Shown: piece after piece, positions 15,630 through 20,000 of the stretch | Position numbering within the stretch: position 1 is the first letter of the stretch | Layout: each line of letters starts with the position of its first letter | Source of the DNA: an uncultured virus (IMG/VR IMGVR_UViG_3300027973_000051) | Taxonomy: Duplodnaviria > Heunggongvirae > Uroviricota > Caudoviricetes | Virus record (IMG/VR): IMGVR_UViG_3300027973_000051 | DNA length: 20,000 nucleotides | Reading direction: 5' to 3' (one strand) | Notes under the pieces: model-generated | What the model was told of the DNA's origin: nothing | Database searches by the model: none | Seen by the model: only the letters and a program-made list of their open reading frames with translations | Made by a program: the position numbers and the translations under genes

Positions 15630-15814
15630 TGAAGTACACTCGCAAAACTTTTATTGATGTCTCATCAATTCTAAATCAGTTTGAAAGTTCTATGGACTCT
15701 CACGTGTTTCAAGATTTAGTTTTTGAATTTAGTGAATTCTTTTTAGCAGACAATCCAAATTTTGATGAAACAAGATTTTGGGACGCTTGCGTTAAATCAG
15801 AAGCATTAGTATAA
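15629..15814 (+). CDS. Hypothetical early protein (DNPNFD..RF..AC type)
   Basis: M..TRK.F...S.IL...F..DNPNFDETRFWDAC, TAATG-coupled. Confidence 0.7.
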   Translation: MKYTRKTFIDVSSILNQFESSMDSHVFQDLVFEFSEFFLADNPNFDETRFWDACVKSEALV

Positions 15815-15819
15815 AATAA

Positions 15820-15847
15820 AAAACCTAAGCAAGTTTTAAAACTGCTT
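15820..15847 (+). ncRNA. Repeated pseudoknot RNA motif, copy A
   Basis: AAAAC-CT-AAGCA-A-GTTTT-AAAAC-TGCTT. Confidence 0.6.
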
Positions 15848-15876
15848 GATCTTTTCAAATAAAAATGCTCGGGTGG

Positions 15877-15897
15877 TTTTCCACAGGCTGTGGATAA
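15877..15897. promoter_or_regulatory. Inverted pair of DnaA boxes
   Basis: TTTTCCACA-ggc-TGTGGATAA; the second box is the reverse complement of consensus TTATCCACA. Confidence 0.7.
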
Positions 15898-16039
15898 GTT
15901 TAAGTGGATGTGATTTTTCTCACATTTCTCGAGCGTCTCATTATTTAAGACTACTCGCTAGTAATTAGATTTTTGTCAGTCTTTCATGATAGGATTACAG
16001 AGTAATAAGTTAATTAACAAAAAAGAAAGGCGGACTTAA

Positions 16040-16249
16040 ATGTCAGCACTAACCTATACAATAGATAACCTACTAGTAGGAAAACACTATCGCTCACGCT
16101 CTCGTCATGATGAGGGTACTATCTTACACGCAGAAAAGCGTGAAGGAATTTGGTATGGAGAAAATCTTGATGCCTATGTCGTTGAAGTATCTTCCACTTG
16201 TGGAATTAGAAACTTTTGGGCAACAGTAACAGTAAGAACAGGAGAATAA
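16040..16249 (+). CDS. Hypothetical early protein
   Basis: 69 aa, AGAAAGG RBS. Confidence 0.7.
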   Translation: MSALTYTIDNLLVGKHYRSRSRHDEGTILHAEKREGIWYGENLDAYVVEVSSTCGIRNFWATVTVRTGE

Positions 16250-16251
16250 TA

Positions 16252-16452
16252 ATGGGAAACTTATTTGATGAGATTGGCACTTGCTACACTTGCTATGATG
16301 AAGGTATCTTGTTTGTAGATATGGATAGCGAAGGATTTATAAATGATTTCTGCGCTGATTGTGAAAAAGGGCAAGGACTTGCTCAACAGTATGCTAAATG
16401 GTATGCTGAAAACGAATTAAACGAATACACTAAAGAAAAGGAAAATGCATAA
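16252..16452 (+). CDS. Small CxxC..CxxC protein
   Basis: MGNLFDEIGTCYTC...FCADCEKG, with AGGAG RBS. Confidence 0.7.
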   Translation: MGNLFDEIGTCYTCYDEGILFVDMDSEGFINDFCADCEKGQGLAQQYAKWYAENELNEYTKEKENA

Positions 16453-16667
16453 TGGAATACCTATACGCAATAACAGTATCACATGACGGAAAAGCCCCTC
16501 ATTGGACAGGTCGCTATGCAGACGCACTAAGTGCCGTTGATGAGTTTAATAAGCACATTGACTGGGGCTTTGCAGATGAATACGCAACAGTTAATTTATC
16601 TGAACCTAGTGGCAAAATGCACACTAGAACATTCTATCGTGAAGGACGAAAGGTAGTAACAAAATAA
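16452..16667 (+). CDS. Hypothetical early protein
   Basis: 71 aa, TAATG-coupled. Confidence 0.7.
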   Translation: MEYLYAITVSHDGKAPHWTGRYADALSAVDEFNKHIDWGFADEYATVNLSEPSGKMHTRTFYREGRKVVTK

Positions 16668-16987
16668 TGGGAAACAATACAGCAATAGACCTAGCAGAAA
16701 ATTTAGACCTATCACTTGAACAGGCTATTAGTTATCACTTACAGGGTAATCACTATCCTCCAGTACCGCTTAGCATGGTGCCAGTATGCGTACAGGCTAT
16801 TGACTTTGCTCATGAAGACCTATGGGATGAAACAATTGAAATGCCTGATGGAATTAGTTACAAGGGTGAAACCTGTGCTCCAGTATGGGCAATTATTGAG
16901 CAGCACCACCTTCATGCTTGGTTGCCTCAAGATGAAGATTTTGGTGATGAAGATGCAGGATTTGAATTAGGATTGGGGCTTGAATAA
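16667..16987 (+). CDS. Hypothetical protein (HLQGNHYPPVP, acidic tail)
   Basis: 106 aa, TAATG-coupled. Confidence 0.7.
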   Translation: MGNNTAIDLAENLDLSLEQAISYHLQGNHYPPVPLSMVPVCVQAIDFAHEDLWDETIEMPDGISYKGETCAPVWAIIEQHHLHAWLPQDEDFGDEDAGFELGLGLE

Positions 16988-17229
16988 TGAGTGCTACAAT
17001 GATTGACATGGAATTGAAGTTTGCAGATACACTAAAGCCTGATCAGTTAATGATTGAAGATTTGATTGCAATTAACGATGAGGTTGTTGAAGTAATTGAC
17101 ATTGACTCTGATGCAACAGGAACTATTTATGCCGTTGGATTTAGAAATGAGTTTGGTGAAAAAGATGTTGCAGAGTTTAATTTTACTGATGACGTTTCAT
17201 TGTATGTCTACGTTGATGATGACGAATAA
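16987..17229 (+). CDS. Highly acidic small beta-rich protein
   Basis: 80 aa, very Asp/Glu-rich, TAATG-coupled. Confidence 0.7.
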   Translation: MSATMIDMELKFADTLKPDQLMIEDLIAINDEVVEVIDIDSDATGTIYAVGFRNEFGEKDVAEFNFTDDVSLYVYVDDDE

Positions 17230-17289
17230 ATAAATCCCCTTCAAAATGGGGCCCGAGGCAAAATGTCCGTTTTGTACTAATTAAGATTA

Positions 17290-17318
17290 TTGACATTTTC
17301 CCCCAATTCTGCTAGAAT
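17290..17318 (+). promoter_or_regulatory. Near-consensus sigma70 promoter (leaderless transcript)
   Basis: TTGACA-17-TAGAAT with TGn; ATG follows 6 nt later. Confidence 0.8.
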
Positions 17319-17324
17319 TAAGAC

Positions 17325-17474
17325 ATGAAGAAAAATGCAGAGGAATTGCGTCGCCTAATGGAATTAAGACGCTCTAATGCTGCTTCCGCTGTCCCAAATA
17401 AAAAGAAATATGACAGAAAGAAATGTCAGTCCTTAATGCTAGAATTAAGAAAAGAAAGAGGCCCTCATGACTAA
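17325..17474 (+). CDS. Small highly basic protein (49 aa)
   Basis: MKKNAEELRRLMELRRSNAASAVPNKKKYDRKKCQSLMLELRKERGPHD. Not in the ORF track. Confidence 0.6.
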   Translation: MKKNAEELRRLMELRRSNAASAVPNKKKYDRKKCQSLMLELRKERGPHD

Positions 17475-18189
17475 ACTAAAAAGATCTAATGATAGAAAGG
17501 TGGCTAACCTTGTCACAAAAAATGGAAAACAAGCAGCAATCGCAAATACGTTTGGCTTACCTGCTGGAAAGGCTTTCTCGTGTCCTGGTGCCACTAGCGT
17601 ATGTGAAAGCGTATGCTACGCAGGAAAACTAGAAAAACTATTCAAGGGTGTAAAGGTTAATCTATTACATAACTGGGAATTACTTAAAGACGCTGATCAT
17701 GAGACCATGGTGCACTTACTAGATGAAATGATTAATGATTTTGTTAGTGACTGCAATAAGAAAGACGCTCCTAAATTATTCCGTATCCACTGGGACGGAG
17801 ATTTCTTCAATGATACTTATACACAAGCATGGAAGACTATCATACTTAATAATCCTGATATTCAATTTTGGGTTTATACACGAGTAAAGTCTGCAGTCTT
17901 AATCTTAAAAGACATAGACAATCTATCTTTATATTATTCTACAGATAGTGATAACAAGGCTATTGGTGTTGAACTTAAAAAAGATCATGGTGTGCGTCTT
18001 GCATACCTTGCTAAAAACTTTGCCATAGGTCAAGGTGAAATGAAAGAATTGTTTAATAAACCAGGGGCTAAGTGTCCTGAGAATAATAAACAAATACCAC
18101 TCATAAGCAATGCAGGTTCCGCTTGCGTTTCTTGCAGTTTATGTGTATACTCTAAAGCAGATGTAGTTTTTTCTGCAACCAAGAAATGA
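17467..18189 (+). CDS. Phage gp88-like protein (Cys-rich, radical-SAM-like)
   Basis: FGLPAG..SCPGAT..C...CYA, FRIHWDGDFF, FWVYTR and C-terminal CP...ACVSCSLC. Confidence 0.8.
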   Translation: MTKLKRSNDRKVANLVTKNGKQAAIANTFGLPAGKAFSCPGATSVCESVCYAGKLEKLFKGVKVNLLHNWELLKDADHETMVHLLDEMINDFVSDCNKKDAPKLFRIHWDGDFFNDTYTQAWKTIILNNPDIQFWVYTRVKSAVLILKDIDNLSLYYSTDSDNKAIGVELKKDHGVRLAYLAKNFAIGQGEMKELFNKPGAKCPENNKQIPLISNAGSACVSCSLCVYSKADVVFSATKK

Positions 18190-18195
18190 GAAACA

Positions 18196-18264
18196 ATGAC
18201 TCTACTAATACTAACTATCTTGTTTGTCTTAATCCTGTCCGCAGGGCTAGGTCACCACAAATAG
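18196..18264 (+). CDS. Possible hydrophobic micropeptide (22 aa)
   Basis: MTLLILTILFVLILSAGLGHHK, directly after the gp88-like gene. Confidence 0.4.
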   Translation: MTLLILTILFVLILSAGLGHHK

Positions 18265-18292
18265 TCCCAAATGTCCGTTTTGTCCCCTGAAA

Positions 18293-18367
18293 TGTGATGG
18301 AGGTCACAAAAATAAATCTAAAAAATGCCATAAATGACTTGAAAATGTCAGTAGGAAATGTTATACT
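18293..18367 (+). promoter_or_regulatory. Promoter with CRP-like box and TGTCAG spacer element
   Basis: TGTGA-tggagg-TCACA; TTGAAA-17-TATACT containing TGTCAG. Confidence 0.75.
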
Positions 18368-18398
18368 TAATACATACAACAACAAAAGGAGAAACACA

Positions 18399-18566
18399 AT
18401 GTCAGTAGCAACAAGCACATACAAGGTAGGCGACCTATACACTTCACAGAAGTCAAAGGTCACAGGAACAATCCTTGCGATTGACCCACAATCAAATGGT
18501 AATGTTCGTGTAAAGTTAGATGTTCAAGGTATCACTCGTTATACAACTTGGACACCTAAGCAGTAA
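18399..18566 (+). CDS. Small SH3/KOW-like beta protein (55 aa)
   Basis: YKVGD...GTI..I.....VRV.L pattern. AAGGAG RBS supports start 18399. Confidence 0.7.
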   Translation: MSVATSTYKVGDLYTSQKSKVTGTILAIDPQSNGNVRVKLDVQGITRYTTWTPKQ

Positions 18567-18573
18567 TTATCTT

Positions 18574-18600
18574 ATTCCTGAGTATGAATTAAAACTACTC
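18574..18600 (+). ncRNA. Repeated pseudoknot RNA motif, copy B
   Basis: ATTC-CT-GAGTA-T-GAAT-TAAAAC-TACTC. Confidence 0.6.
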
Positions 18601-18638
18601 CACACCCCCCCAACTAACAGAAATGGAAACGACCTAAC

Positions 18639-19061
18639 ATGGCAAGAGGAAAAGCAATCTCAGTAAAGATACCTACGCAACGAGTAATCGAAGCACTTGA
18701 GCAATCACTCAATAAACTAGAACTTGATTGGACATCACAAGAAGCCAACGAAGCAAGATACGAAATTGCTCGTAAGGCTTGGCAGAAAGCAGTTAGCGAG
18801 TTCGCAGTTGCTAACATCAGTAAGGCAGAAAACTTCCGCACCAACTATCGTTCATGGAACAATACTCTTAACATTGACTATGACTTAACAGTTAGCGAAA
18901 AAGAAATGCCTAAAGAGCCTGAGAAGGACTTTGTAACACTACACCAACACTCATACAATGAGCAAAAAGAGGAGATGGCTAACGCTATTCGTATTCTCAA
19001 GATGACAGATGAGGAAGTAGTTAATACTTCTACATACAACGCAGTTGCTCGTTATCTCTAA
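18639..19061 (+). CDS. Hypothetical helical protein
   Basis: 140-aa ORF, co-oriented, followed by a strong hairpin. Confidence 0.75.
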   Translation: MARGKAISVKIPTQRVIEALEQSLNKLELDWTSQEANEARYEIARKAWQKAVSEFAVANISKAENFRTNYRSWNNTLNIDYDLTVSEKEMPKEPEKDFVTLHQHSYNEQKEEMANAIRILKMTDEEVVNTSTYNAVARYL

Positions 19062-19065
19062 TTAG

Positions 19066-19100
19066 ATAATTGGGTGGGGTGTAAAAGCCCCACTCATTAT
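19066..19100 (+). terminator. Strong hairpin (terminator or processing stem)
   Basis: TGGGTGGGG-tgtaaaag-CCCCACTCA flanked by ATAA/TTAT. No clean U-tract. Confidence 0.5.
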
Positions 19101-19216
19101 CCCTTGCGTTCCACGCTATTTATAGCAAGTGTCCCCTGGGGATCCTTCGCCAGGCTGATTAGGGCGATAACAGAAATACTATAGAGCCAGTTCACACCAA
19201 CTGCAAGAAGTGTAAC

Positions 19217-19242
19217 TACCTGAGTAAGTATCAAAACTGCTC
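19217..19242 (+). ncRNA. Repeated pseudoknot RNA motif, copy C
   Basis: TAC-CT-GAGTA-A-GTA-TCAAAAC-TGCTC. Confidence 0.55.
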
Positions 19243-19316
19243 CCCGTAAGGGTCCTTGACAAATGTCAGTGACTAGTAGTACAATTGAACTAACCAACAA
19301 ACAGAAAGAGGCCCCC

Positions 19317-19742
19317 ATGGACCAAACAGAAACATCAGTAACAATCATAAACGCTACAGAAGATTTTCTTAAGTCAGAAATTGCAAAAAAGGATGAGCGC
19401 ATTGCTCAACTTGAAGACCACATTCAAAAAGTAACTCAGCGCTCCTATTCCGATTCAGCAGACCGTAACCGTATGGTTGAGGGAATGAAAGAATGGACCC
19501 TTAGTGAATTATCAGATGAAAGCATAACAGAAGAGCAAGCGGAAGCAATTGCTGAAATTATGGGCTTTGAATTAACAACAGAATTCGAAGTTGAAGTTAC
19601 AGTTATGTATTCAATTACAGTTAATGCACGTGATGAAGAGAGTGCACAGAATGCAATTCATGATATTGATTTTGACACTGTCTCTTATAACGATGAAAAT
19701 ATTTCATGGCTTAGCGCTAGCGTTGACAGAATAGATATTTAG
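19317..19742 (+). CDS. Acidic coiled-coil hypothetical protein
   Basis: Start MDQTETS at 19317 with AGAGG RBS. Upstream promoter TTGACA-18-TACAAT (19256-19285). Confidence 0.75.
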   Translation: MDQTETSVTIINATEDFLKSEIAKKDERIAQLEDHIQKVTQRSYSDSADRNRMVEGMKEWTLSELSDESITEEQAEAIAEIMGFELTTEFEVEVTVMYSITVNARDEESAQNAIHDIDFDTVSYNDENISWLSASVDRIDI

Positions 19743-19789
19743 TAGGGGGTCTACTAATAGACATGTCGAATGTCTTTAAACTAGGCAAG

Positions 19790-19818
19790 GGCCCTAAGCA
19801 TGGCCATGTAAACTGCTT
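19790..19818 (+). ncRNA. Repeated pseudoknot RNA motif, copy D
   Basis: GGCC-CT-AAGCA-T-GGCC-ATGTAAAC-TGCTT. Confidence 0.6.
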
Positions 19819-19856
19819 ATTTTTATTTTCCCTTGAAATTTTTGGCTCGGGTAAAA

Positions 19857-19958
19857 TGTGACCAATATCACAATGTGTTTAAGATCACAATTAAGAATGC
19901 CCTAATTGTCCATGTTTAACTATCTGGGCTTGCATTTGTCAGCCTATCCTGTTATACT
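19857..19958 (+). promoter_or_regulatory. Promoter module with two CRP-like boxes and TGTCAG element
   Basis: TGTGA-N6-TCACA (19857), TGTGT-N6-TCACA (19874), TTGCAT-17-TATACT containing TGTCAG. Confidence 0.75.
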
Positions 19959-19989
19959 TAGATTAACTACAAAAGAAAGAAGAAAACTC

Positions 19990-20000
19990 ATGGCACATGA
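19990..20000 (+). CDS. Start of next gene (truncated)
   Basis: ATG GCA CAT GA.. after a promoter and purine-rich leader. Too short to assign a product. Confidence 0.4.

Noticed and set aside
18574..18600. CTGAGTA...AAAC as a hammerhead ribozyme or preQ1 riboswitch
   Set aside because: Lacks the CUGAnGA/GAAA three-stem core and the preQ1-I loop consensus. The pairing fits a different pseudoknot.
19062..19255. Possible tRNA or tmRNA
   Set aside because: No cloverleaf or TTCRA T-loop with a matching acceptor stem found.
18294..19316. Upstream starts in the ORF track (18294, 19263; also 854, 2922, 8849, 13471, 14039, 15375, 16216)
   Set aside because: These extensions run through promoter elements or upstream genes. 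Downstream ATGs have an SD or translational coupling.

Overview
AT-rich dsDNA phage segment. The gene content and regulatory motifs point to a freshwater actinobacteriophage-type genome (inference). Left half (1-8800, mostly minus strand): virion/tail-type genes, a lysozyme-like gene, and a cluster of a PASTA + Pro/Thr-repeat + C-terminal Hint-like protein, a small Cys protein, a prolyl-4-hydroxylase-like 2OG-Fe(II) enzyme and a GT60-type GlcNAc transferase. Many of these genes have TGGTATAAT-type promoters 6-9 nt before the ATG. Middle (8800-13000): a candidate sRNA and an ori-like AT-rich divergence, then SGNH-like, holin-like, DHH-like, DNA methyltransferase and second 2OG-oxygenase genes. 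Right half (13000-20000): an early-gene-like region of tiny ORFs and a gp88-like gene, split into promoter modules. These carry about 12 CRP-like boxes, a perfect LexA/SOS box, paired DnaA boxes, GACAC (WhiA-like) elements, an exactly spaced TGTCAG-N10-TAnnnT promoter class, and a repeated covarying H-type pseudoknot RNA motif after genes. No tRNA, rRNA, CRISPR array or IS element was seen. All family calls come from motif recognition by eye, not database searches.
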